A stretch of DNA of 55,065 bases, taken from positions 1-55,065 of the forward strand of contig JBEBGB010000001.1 of assembly GCA_040081675.1 (NCBI GenBank). Direction: 5' to 3'. A model generated the notes under the pieces. It had not been told where the DNA came from and searched no databases. It saw nothing but the letters and a program-made list of their open reading frames with translations. Numbering within the stretch: position 1 is the first letter of the stretch; each line of letters begins with the position of its first letter. The stretch is from Vicinamibacterales bacterium. GTDB taxonomy: Bacteria > Acidobacteriota > Vicinamibacteria > Vicinamibacterales > CAVVIG01. Below are positions 1 through 9,963 of the stretch, in pieces. A program made the position numbers and the translations under genes.

Positions 1-44
1 CCCGCTCATTTCGTCAACAACATCTCGGAGATCGTAGAGCTGTT

Positions 45-875
45 ATGAAGTCTTCGCCCCTCGTCAGCATTGTCATGGGCACCTACAATCGTGCCCATTT
101 GCTCGGGCGCGCAATTGAGGCCCTGCAGAAGCAGACGTTGACGGACTGGGAACTCATCATCGCTGACGACGCCTCGGTCGACGACACGCCAGCGGTCGTG
201 CGTGCCTGGGCCGAGCGCGAGCCCCGCATCGTGTCGATTCGGAGCGAGGTCAATCAGGGTATCTCTCGAAACTACAACGACGCACTCCGTCTCGCGCGCG
301 GTGAATACGTTGCCATGCTGGACGACGATGACGTCTGGTGTGTCGACGACAAGCTCGAGCGCCAGGTCGAGTTCCTGAAGACGCATCCGGAGTACGTGGG
401 TTGTGGCGGAGGACTGATTGTGGTCACGCCGGAAGGCCAGGAACTCTATCGGTTCCTGAAGCCGGAGACCGACGCCCAGATCCGCAGAGGCATGCTGTTG
501 TCCAATCCGATGGCCAACAGCACGACGCTGTTCCGGCGCGCGGTGGGCGAGCAGGTCGGGTGGTACGACGGTGAGTTGCGCTACTCAGGCGATCGAGACT
601 TCTGGATGAAGGTGGGGTTGGTTGGAAAGCTCCACAACTTCCTCGAGTACCTCGGCTACTACACCAAAGGTACGCAGAACACGTCAATCCTGCACATCAA
701 GCCGCACTTGAAAACGTCCTTGATGCTGACGACGCGGTATCGCCAGCACTACCCGAACTATCCGATTGCGCTCGTTCTGAACTACGCCCAGTACTGGTAC
801 GCGTTTCTGCCTCAGGGGCTTCGGCGAACCACCCATTCGGGCGCAGTCCGCCTGAAGCGAGCGCTCGCCGAGTGA
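45..875 (+). CDS. Family-2 (GT-A fold) glycosyltransferase
   Basis: 276-aa ORF. N-terminus 'VSIVMGTYNRAHLL...ELIIADDASVDDT' plus the 'MLDDDD' acidic motif is the classic GT2 signature. Confidence 0.85.
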   Translation: MKSSPLVSIVMGTYNRAHLLGRAIEALQKQTLTDWELIIADDASVDDTPAVVRAWAEREPRIVSIRSEVNQGISRNYNDALRLARGEYVAMLDDDDVWCVDDKLERQVEFLKTHPEYVGCGGGLIVVTPEGQELYRFLKPETDAQIRRGMLLSNPMANSTTLFRRAVGEQVGWYDGELRYSGDRDFWMKVGLVGKLHNFLEYLGYYTKGTQNTSILHIKPHLKTSLMLTTRYRQHYPNYPIALVLNYAQYWYAFLPQGLRRTTHSGAVRLKRALAE

Positions 876-908
876 TCGTCTGACGAAGGACCGCGCACTA
901 CATCGGTT

Positions 909-1967
909 CTAGCGCATGAAGTTCTCTTTGTACCAGCTCGCATAGTCCGAGATGGACTGCTCGATGGTGTACTTCGGGCGCCATCCAAGCTTCTTCAGCT
1001 TCGTCGTGTCCGAGACTGCGTGCCTGGTATCGGTGCGCCGGTACCCGCCGACGACGATGGGCGACCGCGAGCCGGTGATCCGCTTGACGGCCCTCGCGAA
1101 CTGCATCACGGTGTAGGCGGTACCGCCGCCGACGTTGAAGACTTCAAACGCCGCGTGTGGATCCCGAAGTACCGCGAGATTCGCCGCGACGACATCGGCG
1201 ACATTCACGAAATCACGTTTCTGCAGGCCGTCTTCGTAGACCGTGATCGGCTTTCCGGCGAGGGCTTGAGTGACGAAGATCCTCAGGGCGCCTGAGTAGA
1301 GGTTCAACGGCGATTGGCGAGGACCCTGGACGATCGAATAGCGGAAGATCGTGGTCGGGATGCCGTAGGTCTTGCCCAGCCTGAGAGACAGCCGTTCGAT
1401 CGCTTCCTTGGACAGACCGTAGGAGTTGGTCGGCGTCAGCGGCTGATCTTCCTTGAAGCGCGTGAATTCGGCGGGTTTTCCGTGCGGACACAACACGTCG
1501 TAGATCCCGTGTTCCAGGGCGACGCGGGTGCGCAGTTCCGGTTGAAAGGTCTTTCGTGAGTGCGCGCATTGATAGTGGCCGTCGCCGTACACGAACTGAG
1601 AACTCGCCGTGACGATCCGTTTGAGTGGCAGCGCCTTTTCCACGGCGATTTCGTACAGCAATGCGGTGCTGACCGTGTTCGTCGTGAAGAACTTGCTGAA
1701 GTCGGATCGCTGGTCCTGATAGGCGGCGAGGTGATACACGTAATCGACCTCGCGAAGGGCGCGGACCAAATCGCTCTTGTCCCGAACGTCGCCGCGGATC
1801 AGCTCGTAGCCCTTGCGCTGAATGTACGTGGGCCACTTGCCGCGATGGACCTCTTCCTGGAGACTGTCGAGGATCCGTACCCGGAAGCCCTTGTTCGCAA
1901 GAGCGTCAGCCGTGTGGGACCCGATGAATCCGGCCCCACCTGTAATCAAGACTCGGTTGTTTTTCAT
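909..1967 (-). CDS. NAD-dependent sugar-nucleotide epimerase/dehydratase (extended SDR, GalE-like)
   Basis: Trimmed to internal ATG ('MKNNRVLITGGAGFIGSH' Rossmann GxxGxxG). Catalytic YxxxK present as 'YGLSK'. The upstream 30 aa of the tracked ORF are Arg/Pro-rich and look non-coding. Confidence 0.85.
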   Translation of the reverse strand: MKNNRVLITGGAGFIGSHTADALANKGFRVRILDSLQEEVHRGKWPTYIQRKGYELIRGDVRDKSDLVRALREVDYVYHLAAYQDQRSDFSKFFTTNTVSTALLYEIAVEKALPLKRIVTASSQFVYGDGHYQCAHSRKTFQPELRTRVALEHGIYDVLCPHGKPAEFTRFKEDQPLTPTNSYGLSKEAIERLSLRLGKTYGIPTTIFRYSIVQGPRQSPLNLYSGALRIFVTQALAGKPITVYEDGLQKRDFVNVADVVAANLAVLRDPHAAFEVFNVGGGTAYTVMQFARAVKRITGSRSPIVVGGYRRTDTRHAVSDTTKLKKLGWRPKYTIEQSISDYASWYKENFMR

Positions 1968-2069
1968 GGTGTGAAGATCTGCCGGCCGCGGTCGTGTCTC
2001 GCAGCTCACACGTTGGTCCGAGGCAGCCCCGAGAGCGTAAGGGCGGGAGTTGCGCACGTGCGCGTGAGT

Positions 2070-3170
2070 CTACGGGGGGCTCACGGTTCCGATTTGAACC
2101 ACCTCGAAGTCTCGCCCTTTGAGTTTCTTGAGTTGGTCGAGGTCGCTGTCACGCCAGCGCGGGTCAGGCGCACCGGAAAAGTAGAAGGGCGAGCCGTTGT
2201 CGGCGAGGATCATTCCGTAGCGCTTCATCGCCACCAGGATTGGCCGCACCTGCACTGGAAACGCATTCACGTCGACTGATGCCTTGAGGCGGACCCGAAC
2301 CCCCATGGGCGGCAGGGCCGGGTTGTCGTCCTTGCTGGCAGCGTGAGACGCCGGCGCGGTGAACGCGTTGCGTGTCTTGGCGACGGTGAACCGAAGGGCG
2401 TGGTCGATCAGGCCTCGCTCGACGGTTTCGTCGTAGCGCACCAAACCGGGAAACACCGGGAGCCCGGCAGCATCGGCCGAGGTCCAGCCTCGCGGTCGCT
2501 TCGTGTCCCCGAAGAGATCAAAGACCGCTCCGGAGCCGGCGTGCCATTTTCCATCGACGAAGCGAACGTTGTACAACTCGAATAGTCGGGCATTGTCGCG
2601 ATCGATCACGAGCAGGTGATGGTCACCGTCGCCTGACGGCATCTTGCCTGGCGCCACCCCTTCGATCGGTGGGTTCGGCGGTATCGGATAGAGCACATGG
2701 TCGCTCTCCGCTTCGTAGTCGAACACAACCGGGTACCGCTTCTCGTCTCCCGAAACGACGACGTACGGAATACCCGCCGGCAGACCTTGATACACGGTGC
2801 CGAAGTCGGGATGCAGGGGCACATCGGCGCCCATCGACGCGATGAGCCTGTCGGACTGCGGATCGACAGGCAGGTGATCAATCGGCGTGTTCCACGCAGA
2901 ATCGGGCGCGAGTGCCCGCCGGCCACCAAGTGAGGCGTTGATGCCCAGCGCCATCGGCGTCGTGCTCGCCATCGGCGTCGTGCTGGTGGACGTTCCCTGC
3001 GTGCCGGCTGCGACACGCGCGGCGGCGGTCGGCGCGATGACAGTGCCGCGCCCCGCCGTCGCCACCGGGGCGTCCTGCGGCTCAGCGAGGCCAATCTGTG
3101 ACCCGACCAGTCCAGCAATCACCAGAGTGGTCGTGGCAAAGGCAGACGTGACGAGCGCGCGTGTGTGCAT
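2070..3170 (-). CDS. Secreted conserved hypothetical protein (function unknown; possibly polysaccharide-active)
   Basis: 366-aa ORF with an N-terminal signal-like hydrophobic segment ('TTTLVIAGLVGSQIGLA') and an Ala/Thr/Pro-rich linker. The globular domain has ordinary composition. I recognise no family motif. Confidence 0.55.
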   Translation of the reverse strand: MHTRALVTSAFATTTLVIAGLVGSQIGLAEPQDAPVATAGRGTVIAPTAAARVAAGTQGTSTSTTPMASTTPMALGINASLGGRRALAPDSAWNTPIDHLPVDPQSDRLIASMGADVPLHPDFGTVYQGLPAGIPYVVVSGDEKRYPVVFDYEAESDHVLYPIPPNPPIEGVAPGKMPSGDGDHHLLVIDRDNARLFELYNVRFVDGKWHAGSGAVFDLFGDTKRPRGWTSADAAGLPVFPGLVRYDETVERGLIDHALRFTVAKTRNAFTAPASHAASKDDNPALPPMGVRVRLKASVDVNAFPVQVRPILVAMKRYGMILADNGSPFYFSGAPDPRWRDSDLDQLKKLKGRDFEVVQIGTVSPP

Positions 3171-3272
3171 AGCGAGCCGATTGTAGCCTACTCAGCAGTG
3201 CCTGGTCGTCTCCACGTCGTGTGGAGGCAATTCGACGAAGAAACGAGGGCCACCCGTCTACGGCGACGCCAT

Positions 3273-4460
3273 TTACGGACGGGACCGCCCATCGACAGCG
3301 GCCTTCAGGTGGCCGGCGAGAAGTCGTGCCGACTCTGCCCAGGAGATGTTGATCCGTTGAACGATATTGCGATCGATCTGTGGAACGTCTTCCAGGATGT
3401 GCGCCAGCGCGTCGGCCAACTCGGCGATCGAACCTGGAGGCACCAGGCGGCTGAATGAGGGGTGGGAGATTTCTGGGATTCCACCGACGGACGTGGACAC
3501 GAACGGCTTGCCGCACGAAATGGCTTCGCGGAGCACGTTGGGAATGCCCTCGGTGTAGCTGGGAAGCGTCACGACATCACTTGCCCTGAACCAGTCGGCA
3601 AGCTCGGCGTGCGGACGCCCGCCAACGCAAGAGACATGGTCGGCGAGGTGGGACGTTCGAATGGCCCGCTCGAGAATGGCTGCGTCCGGACCTTGTCCGA
3701 CAATGCGGCAGCCGAACTGGACGCCGCGATCGCGAAGCAGCGCGCACGCGTGCACGAGGTCAACGACGCCCTTTGATCTGAGGAGGTTGCCGACAAACAG
3801 AATGATCCTGCCGCTCGCTGGTAGTCCCAGGCGCAACCGGGCAACACTTTGATCACCCGGTGAGAAGATCTCCGTGTCCAGACCTTCGGGCACGACATGT
3901 ACGCGGCTGGGAGAGGCGCCCAGGCTGACAGTCTGACGAGCGAGGTCTTCGCTGACCGCGATCACGGAGTCAACACCGCACAGCGCGTCCACGATGGGTT
4001 GACGCCGGCGGCCCTTTGCCAGCACCAGAACATCAGAGCCCAGTACCTTCAAGACGACCGGCAAGCCCGCGCGCCGGCCAAACCGCATTGTCGCCCACCC
4101 ATCCGGGTGCGCCCACGACGTGAGCAGTACATCGGGTCGATAGCTCTCGATCATGCGCTCGACCGACTTTCGGACGCTGCTCTCGAGGCACGGTCCGAAG
4201 AGATCGCTCCGCACGCGCGGCATGTAGTAGTAGGTGGGATATTGTGCGGCGACGCTGCCGGGTGTCACGGGCACCGCCGCAATTGACTGACCTCGAATCC
4301 ACTGCAGTGCCGCGACTGGCCAGGGGATGGGCCTGATGACTCTCAGTTCGTGGAGGCGAGAGAGTTCAGCGAACTGCTGGCGGTTGAACGAAGCCAGCCC
4401 CTGCTGCAGCGGTGTGGGGTAGAGCTGCGTGAGGGCGAGAATACGCACTGAAGAGAGCAT
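3273..4460 (-). CDS. GT-B fold glycosyltransferase (family 4-like)
   Basis: 'ILFVGNLLRSKGVVDL' and 'LPSYTEGIPNVLREAISCGKPFVSTSVGGIPE' match the GT4 C-terminal nucleotide-sugar binding motif. Paralogous to 11146-12399. Confidence 0.8.
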   Translation of the reverse strand: MLSSVRILALTQLYPTPLQQGLASFNRQQFAELSRLHELRVIRPIPWPVAALQWIRGQSIAAVPVTPGSVAAQYPTYYYMPRVRSDLFGPCLESSVRKSVERMIESYRPDVLLTSWAHPDGWATMRFGRRAGLPVVLKVLGSDVLVLAKGRRRQPIVDALCGVDSVIAVSEDLARQTVSLGASPSRVHVVPEGLDTEIFSPGDQSVARLRLGLPASGRIILFVGNLLRSKGVVDLVHACALLRDRGVQFGCRIVGQGPDAAILERAIRTSHLADHVSCVGGRPHAELADWFRASDVVTLPSYTEGIPNVLREAISCGKPFVSTSVGGIPEISHPSFSRLVPPGSIAELADALAHILEDVPQIDRNIVQRINISWAESARLLAGHLKAAVDGRSRP

Positions 4461-4556
4461 TCTACCTGAGCGGCAGAAGCGAGTGTTTCAAAAGTACCAT
4501 CCGCGTCGGTACTTACGCCAGGATGTGCAGTCCGCGCGCAGCATGTCGTGCTGTGT

Positions 4557-5930
4557 CTACCGAACCGCAGACAGAAGTTCCGCCATCCGGAAACAAAGGG
4601 CCACGAGCGTCAGACCGGTATTGGCAATGCCGGCCGCACGAAGCAGCGACGCGTCACAGGCATACGCGCTCGGCATGTCCTTCACGCTGAAGAAACCGAG
4701 ACTGAGCTCTCCGGGGTCCGACAGGAAACGGTGCGCTCCGCCAGAGTGATGCGCCGCGTTGCGGAACTCCCACTCTGTCGCCGGGATCTGCCGCTTCTCG
4801 ACGATGTCGGCGGAGAACTCTTCGAAGAATCGCGCAAGGCTCTCTTCGTAGGCGCGATGCTCCGGAGCGGTGACGTGCCAGTTGAGGCGAGGCTTCCTGC
4901 CCGGTTCCACAGCCAGACCGCGTGTCTCAATCGGCGTCTGCTCGCCCAGGAGGAGCACCGAATAGTAGTCGCCTCGGAATCCGTACTTCGTTTTGAAGAG
5001 AACGGCCTCGCGAATCGCCTCGGGGTTGACGAGCAGCTGGAAGATCTTCGTGAGCGAGGAGGGGTGGTTGCGCAGATCGGACAAGATGAACCGAGCCGGC
5101 CCCCGCAGCGAGCGTAACCCCAGATTCAAGGCAGGCCGGAGATAGACAACCGTCTTGATGTCGTCCACCTCGTAGACCAGGCCCGCCCGCACCTCGGTCG
5201 TCTCGGTGGTGGTGCACGAGACGGTCTTCAGTCGACTATCCGGGCGCAGCCGAATCTTGGCGACATAGGCCATCGGGTGGTCGTGATAGCCCATACAGAA
5301 CATCGGCGCATCGCTGAGCGATCGCGCGAGCAGCGCCGGCGTTCCCAGGCCGCCGGCGCAGACCAGCATATGGTCGGCCTCAATCCGTTTGATGCCGTCC
5401 GACGTCTCCACCACGGCGTACGCGGGCGTGTTTCCGCTGGCGGCCACAAGGGTCTGCGTCTTGCCGTAGACGATGCGTATCTCGGCGCCAGGATGTCTGG
5501 CGTTGGCCAATTGCCACATGTTCGAGCGCGAACGTGGCAACACCATGTGGGCGATGGTGCAACCGCCCTTCTCGGTCTTTCGGTTGATGTCCCGCACCCG
5601 GTTGCACTCGCGCAATTCGTCCGCGGACAGGAAGAACTCCCAGGCCTTCGAGTAGTAGGGTTCCAGCGAGCCGGACCTGATGCCCGCTTTCCGCAGGTCG
5701 GCTTCCGTCAGTTCGATGAGTGCGTTGTGCCAGTAGTTGGTCGTGCCGCCGAGTCCCTCGGCGCGGTTGATCGACGAATTGACGTCGCCCGTGTCGCAAT
5801 CGACGTCGGTGAAGAGCGGTCGCTTCCGGTCGCCTTGCTCGATGAGCGTCACGTCAAATCGATCGCGCAGGAGGGTACTCAGGAGCGAGCCGCACAGACC
5901 GGCTCCGACGATGGCGATTCGCTGCTTCAT
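4557..5930 (-). CDS. GMC-family FAD-dependent oxidoreductase
   Basis: Trimmed to ATG 5930, which overlaps the upstream stop (ATGA). Has the 'MKQRIAIVGAGLCGS' FAD dinucleotide fold. C-terminal 'HHSGGAHRF...CDASLLRAAGIANTGLT' resembles the GMC C-terminal catalytic region. Confidence 0.75.
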   Translation of the reverse strand: MKQRIAIVGAGLCGSLLSTLLRDRFDVTLIEQGDRKRPLFTDVDCDTGDVNSSINRAEGLGGTTNYWHNALIELTEADLRKAGIRSGSLEPYYSKAWEFFLSADELRECNRVRDINRKTEKGGCTIAHMVLPRSRSNMWQLANARHPGAEIRIVYGKTQTLVAASGNTPAYAVVETSDGIKRIEADHMLVCAGGLGTPALLARSLSDAPMFCMGYHDHPMAYVAKIRLRPDSRLKTVSCTTTETTEVRAGLVYEVDDIKTVVYLRPALNLGLRSLRGPARFILSDLRNHPSSLTKIFQLLVNPEAIREAVLFKTKYGFRGDYYSVLLLGEQTPIETRGLAVEPGRKPRLNWHVTAPEHRAYEESLARFFEEFSADIVEKRQIPATEWEFRNAAHHSGGAHRFLSDPGELSLGFFSVKDMPSAYACDASLLRAAGIANTGLTLVALCFRMAELLSAVR

Positions 5931-6946
5931 GAACGTGTGCCCCTCGCGGCTCCTGCAGCCTCCGATGAGTGACTGCCCAGGACGATATCCAATCCGCGCT
6001 GGACACCCACTTGCGGGGTCCACTGCACGCGGCCGCGCGCCGCCTGGCAGTCGAATCGCAACGGCGCAAGCGCCGACGCGATCCGATACGGCGATAGCGG
6101 CGGCGTGCGACCGAGCACGCCCGCGGCGAGTTGCGCGACCAACCCTACGGCGCGCATGGCCACTACTGGGATGTGCACAACGCGCAGATGCTCCGGCACG
6201 GCGGCCCTGTAGCGATCGGTCAGCTCGTTCTGTGTCACGGCAGATTCATCCACGATATGAAACACGGAACCATCGAACACGTCATGGTCGGCCACGGCAA
6301 GGAGGGCGTCGATCAGGTCCTCGACGTAGACCAGAGGCAGCACCAACCGGCCGTCGCCGATGATCACCAGCCACCTGCCGGCCCTCCGTGCAACCGCAGG
6401 CGTCATCAATTGTGTGCCCCGGCCGACGACCTGTCCGGGCCGCACGATGACCGCGCTCATCTGCTGCGTGTGGACGGCATCGCGAACCACCGCTTCGGCT
6501 CGCAGCTTGGTGCCGGTGTAGAGGCCGCGCAACTCAGGCTGGGGCTCGAGAGGCCAGTCTTCCCGAACGATCGAGCCAGGGCGCGCCGCCGCTGCGTGGA
6601 GGACGCTCAACGAACTGACGTACACGAGTCGTGTCGCCGGACTCGCGGACACGCTTGCCACGACGTTCCGCGTTCCCGCGATTGTCCCTCGCTCGAAGTC
6701 TGCCGGCGACCCCTGCATGGTCGCACCGAGGTGATACACGAGACGTGTACCGTCAACCGCGCGAGCGACGAGCGCCGGGTCACTCAGATCTCCTTGAACG
6801 ATCTCCACACGGGAATCGGCGAGCCACGAAACATCGGGAGGACGACGCACGAGCACACGCACCCGGCGACCAAGGGCTAGCATCCGACCCACCAGGTGTC
6901 TGCCGATGAACCCGCCCGCGCCGGTCACGAGAATGTCGGACGTCAA
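5927..6946 (-). CDS. NAD(P)-dependent epimerase/dehydratase-family SDR
   Basis: 'ILVTGAGGFIGRHLV' Rossmann motif and 'YTGTK' (YxxxK). Its stop overlaps the start of the GMC gene. Confidence 0.8.
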   Translation of the reverse strand: MTSDILVTGAGGFIGRHLVGRMLALGRRVRVLVRRPPDVSWLADSRVEIVQGDLSDPALVARAVDGTRLVYHLGATMQGSPADFERGTIAGTRNVVASVSASPATRLVYVSSLSVLHAAAARPGSIVREDWPLEPQPELRGLYTGTKLRAEAVVRDAVHTQQMSAVIVRPGQVVGRGTQLMTPAVARRAGRWLVIIGDGRLVLPLVYVEDLIDALLAVADHDVFDGSVFHIVDESAVTQNELTDRYRAAVPEHLRVVHIPVVAMRAVGLVAQLAAGVLGRTPPLSPYRIASALAPLRFDCQAARGRVQWTPQVGVQRGLDIVLGSHSSEAAGAARGTRS

Positions 6947-6952
6947 TGGGGT

Positions 6953-8155
6953 CTATCGCCGGTGCCGCTCGAGAATCTCGAGGAACCCGCGCGCCACGCC
7001 GCTCCAGTCGAAGTGCTCGGCTACCATCGCCTGCGCCGCGCGCGACAATCGCTCACGCCGCGCGGCATCGTCCAGCAAACTCAGGCACTGCTTCGCGAAC
7101 ATGTCCGCCGTGTCGCCGATGAGAATGGTTTCCCCGTCGGTGTACATCAGGCCTTCGGCGCCGATGGGGGTGGACACCACCGGCACGCCGGCCGCCATCC
7201 CCTCATAGATCTTCAATCGTGTCCCGCTGCCCGCAAACAACGGGACGATCGACATCTTCGATTCCCACAGGTACGGACGCACGTCGGGCACGTTGCCAAA
7301 CACGCGAATCCGCGGTTCGCCCTCGGCCAGCTTCAACACTTCAGCGGTCGGCTTCTTGCCGACGATATCGAGCGTCGTGGAGGGTCGCGCTTTCCAGATG
7401 ATCGGCAGCACCGTCGACGTGAACCACAGCAGGCCCTGGATGTTCGGCATGTAGTCGAGGCTGCCGACAAACAACAACTCCCGCGAGGGTGGCTGCCCGG
7501 CCGCCGCGTTCTTTCCAGCCGGCGAGAAGAACTCGACGTTGACGCCGGTCTGCGCCGTCGAAGGGACTTGGACTCCGTATTCCTTCACCATGAAGTCCGC
7601 GTCGGTCTCCGACACGGCGATCACGTGCTTGACGCGGCGACACACGTGCTCCTCGTACGCCGCCAGCCGCGCCGCTTCCTTGCGCAGATACCAGCCAACG
7701 AGCCCGCCGGGCGCCTGCTCGGCCAGCCGGCCGCGAATGCGCGCCTCCACGTTGTGCTGAAACAGCACCGTGTCTTCCAGTTGCGGCACGTTGGGAGCGG
7801 ACAACAAGAAGTCCACCACGATGGAATCGTACCGGTTGCGGGCGACCAGTTCCTTCACCTTCGCTAACGCTGCCGCCGATTGGTAGCGCGCCACGGTCAG
7901 CGGCATGGTCGCCGCCAGGTTGGTCGCGGCCTCCCAGGCAAATTTCAACGACTTGCGCGGCGGCGGATCGCACGGGAACGAATAGAACTCCGAGCAGTAC
8001 TCCTCGTGACCGTCCCTCGTCTGCCACTCCTGCTGCAAGCCGACGTAGTGAACCTCGGCGAGCTTCGAGAGGTGCGAGAGTATGCCGTTGGTGCGAATCT
8101 GCGAACCGTTCGAGATCGGGCGCAGCAGGACCGGGCAAACCCAGAGTATCTTCAC
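6953..8155 (-). CDS. GT-B fold glycosyltransferase (family 4-like)
   Basis: Trimmed to GTG 8155, which overlaps the upstream stop (GTGA). Motifs: 'KILWVCPVLL', 'LLFVGSLDYMPNIQG', 'GTRLKIYEGMAAGVPVVSTPIGAEG'. Confidence 0.75.
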   Translation of the reverse strand: MKILWVCPVLLRPISNGSQIRTNGILSHLSKLAEVHYVGLQQEWQTRDGHEEYCSEFYSFPCDPPPRKSLKFAWEAATNLAATMPLTVARYQSAAALAKVKELVARNRYDSIVVDFLLSAPNVPQLEDTVLFQHNVEARIRGRLAEQAPGGLVGWYLRKEAARLAAYEEHVCRRVKHVIAVSETDADFMVKEYGVQVPSTAQTGVNVEFFSPAGKNAAAGQPPSRELLFVGSLDYMPNIQGLLWFTSTVLPIIWKARPSTTLDIVGKKPTAEVLKLAEGEPRIRVFGNVPDVRPYLWESKMSIVPLFAGSGTRLKIYEGMAAGVPVVSTPIGAEGLMYTDGETILIGDTADMFAKQCLSLLDDAARRERLSRAAQAMVAEHFDWSGVARGFLEILERHRR

Positions 8156-9462
8156 GACGCTCGCTGCTCGGCCACGCCCAGGCGACGCACGTCGATAGTG
8201 GGCAGGCCCGAAGCCTTGATGACACTGAGCACGCCCGGCGACATCTTCTTGGTAATCGCGATGCACTCTGCCCAGCCAAGCACGCGGTCGAGCGACGGGC
8301 TGATGACGGACTTGCCGCCAGGCACAGCCGCCTCCCAGGTTGCCAGGTTGACGCCGTGCAGCAATTCCACCTTGATGTCGGAGTCGTACGCGAGCAGTTC
8401 GAGACCGCGCGCAAACAGGCGAGAGGCGAGCCCGAGCGCCGGGCTCTCGCGCATGTCGTCGGTGTCGTGCTTGAAGCTGATGCCGATCAGCCCGACCTTC
8501 CGCTTGCCCAACGCGGCCACGGCAACGGCGGCGCGATCCAGGTGCGCCTCATTGCTCGGCAACATCGAGGCGTAGAGCGGCAGTGCGGTCTGCTTCAGCC
8601 CTGCCAGGTGATTGATCGCGCGCAGGTCCTTGGGCAGACACGAACCGCCAAAGGCGAAGCCAGGGCGCATATACACGGTCGAGATGTTCAGTCGCGTGTC
8701 GTCGCAGATGACACCCATCAACTCGTCCGGATCGATGCCACAGGCCGCGGCCAGCGTCCCGGTTTCGTTGGCGAAGGCAATCTTGAGCGCGTGGAAGGCG
8801 TTGCACACACCCTTGACCATCTCGGCCGCCGCCAGTGACAGCACGCGCCGAGGCGAGTCAGGAATGCCGGCATACAGATCGAGCATCCGCTGCGCGACGG
8901 CGTCGTCGGTCGCGCCGACGACGATGAGCCCAGGCGCGAAGAAGTCGGCGATGGCCGTGCCCTCGCGTAGAAACTCAGGGTTGTAGGCCAACGACACATT
9001 GGGCAACGCCGAAAAGAAGCGATCGCGCATGGCGGCTGTCGTGCCGGGCGGGACCGTGCTTCGCACCGCGACCATGATGTCTCGCGTCGATCCGGACGCC
9101 GCCACAGCCGCCGCCACTTCCTGACACGCGCGGTCTACTTGCGCCAGCATGTGCGAACCATCGTCGGCGGTCGGGGTGCCTACGCAGATAAGGACGATGT
9201 CGACCTCGCCAATGATGTCGGACAGGTGCTCGTGAATCGTGACTCGCCCGTTGTCGACCTGGGTCTTCAGCTCGGGCTCCAGGCCCGGCTCGTGAAACGG
9301 TGCGAAGCCCGCCCGGAGACGCTCCACCTTGACCGGGTCGCGCTCGATGCCGTACACCCGATGGCCGAGTCGTGCCAGACAAGCGGCAGACACCGCGCCG
9401 ATGTAGCCCAGGCCAACGATGGCTACCGGGGTTTCCTTCGAAGAGTTGGTGATCGGTTGCAA
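8152..9462 (-). CDS. Nucleotide-sugar dehydrogenase (UDP-glucose/GDP-mannose dehydrogenase family)
   Basis: 'VAIVGLGYIGAVSAACLA' NAD fold and the catalytic-Cys motif 'FGGSCLPKD'. 436 aa. Confidence 0.85.
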   Translation of the reverse strand: MQPITNSSKETPVAIVGLGYIGAVSAACLARLGHRVYGIERDPVKVERLRAGFAPFHEPGLEPELKTQVDNGRVTIHEHLSDIIGEVDIVLICVGTPTADDGSHMLAQVDRACQEVAAAVAASGSTRDIMVAVRSTVPPGTTAAMRDRFFSALPNVSLAYNPEFLREGTAIADFFAPGLIVVGATDDAVAQRMLDLYAGIPDSPRRVLSLAAAEMVKGVCNAFHALKIAFANETGTLAAACGIDPDELMGVICDDTRLNISTVYMRPGFAFGGSCLPKDLRAINHLAGLKQTALPLYASMLPSNEAHLDRAAVAVAALGKRKVGLIGISFKHDTDDMRESPALGLASRLFARGLELLAYDSDIKVELLHGVNLATWEAAVPGGKSVISPSLDRVLGWAECIAITKKMSPGVLSVIKASGLPTIDVRRLGVAEQRAS

Positions 9463-9963
9463 AGGGTTCGTGCTCCTTGTCCTTCCTACGGTCTGGCAGG
9501 CGGCTGAAAGTGAGTGTGAGAGGACGAGTGGTTCGGGATCGCTTCACTCGGCGGCTGGAACGTCACCGGCGACATCTGGGACCTAGACCACTGCGCCAGC
9601 TCGAGGCCCACCTGGTTCGACGCGCACAGCCTCACCGGGCGCATGAACGTCACCTGAGTTCTATCGGATTGCGACGGCCTCGGCTTCAGCGAAGTTGGCT
9701 CGGCTGGCGCCCCAGGAGTTCGAGGCCACACACCCCGTCCCTGCCAGAAACTGCGGAGGACGCCTGGACGACCGCCTGGTAGAACTTCTCACGACGGAGC
9801 GCCGCCCGTCAATGGCTGAGTTTGCCAGGCTGCCCGGATGGTGTCCGGACGGCCGTCTGAGCCGGTTGGCCGACAGGCGAAGCCGCTCTCTGACAGCGGG
9901 AAAGTACGGCGGAACTATGTGGATGAGCTTGCCACTTCTGGTCTACGATAGCCGCCTGAGCAG

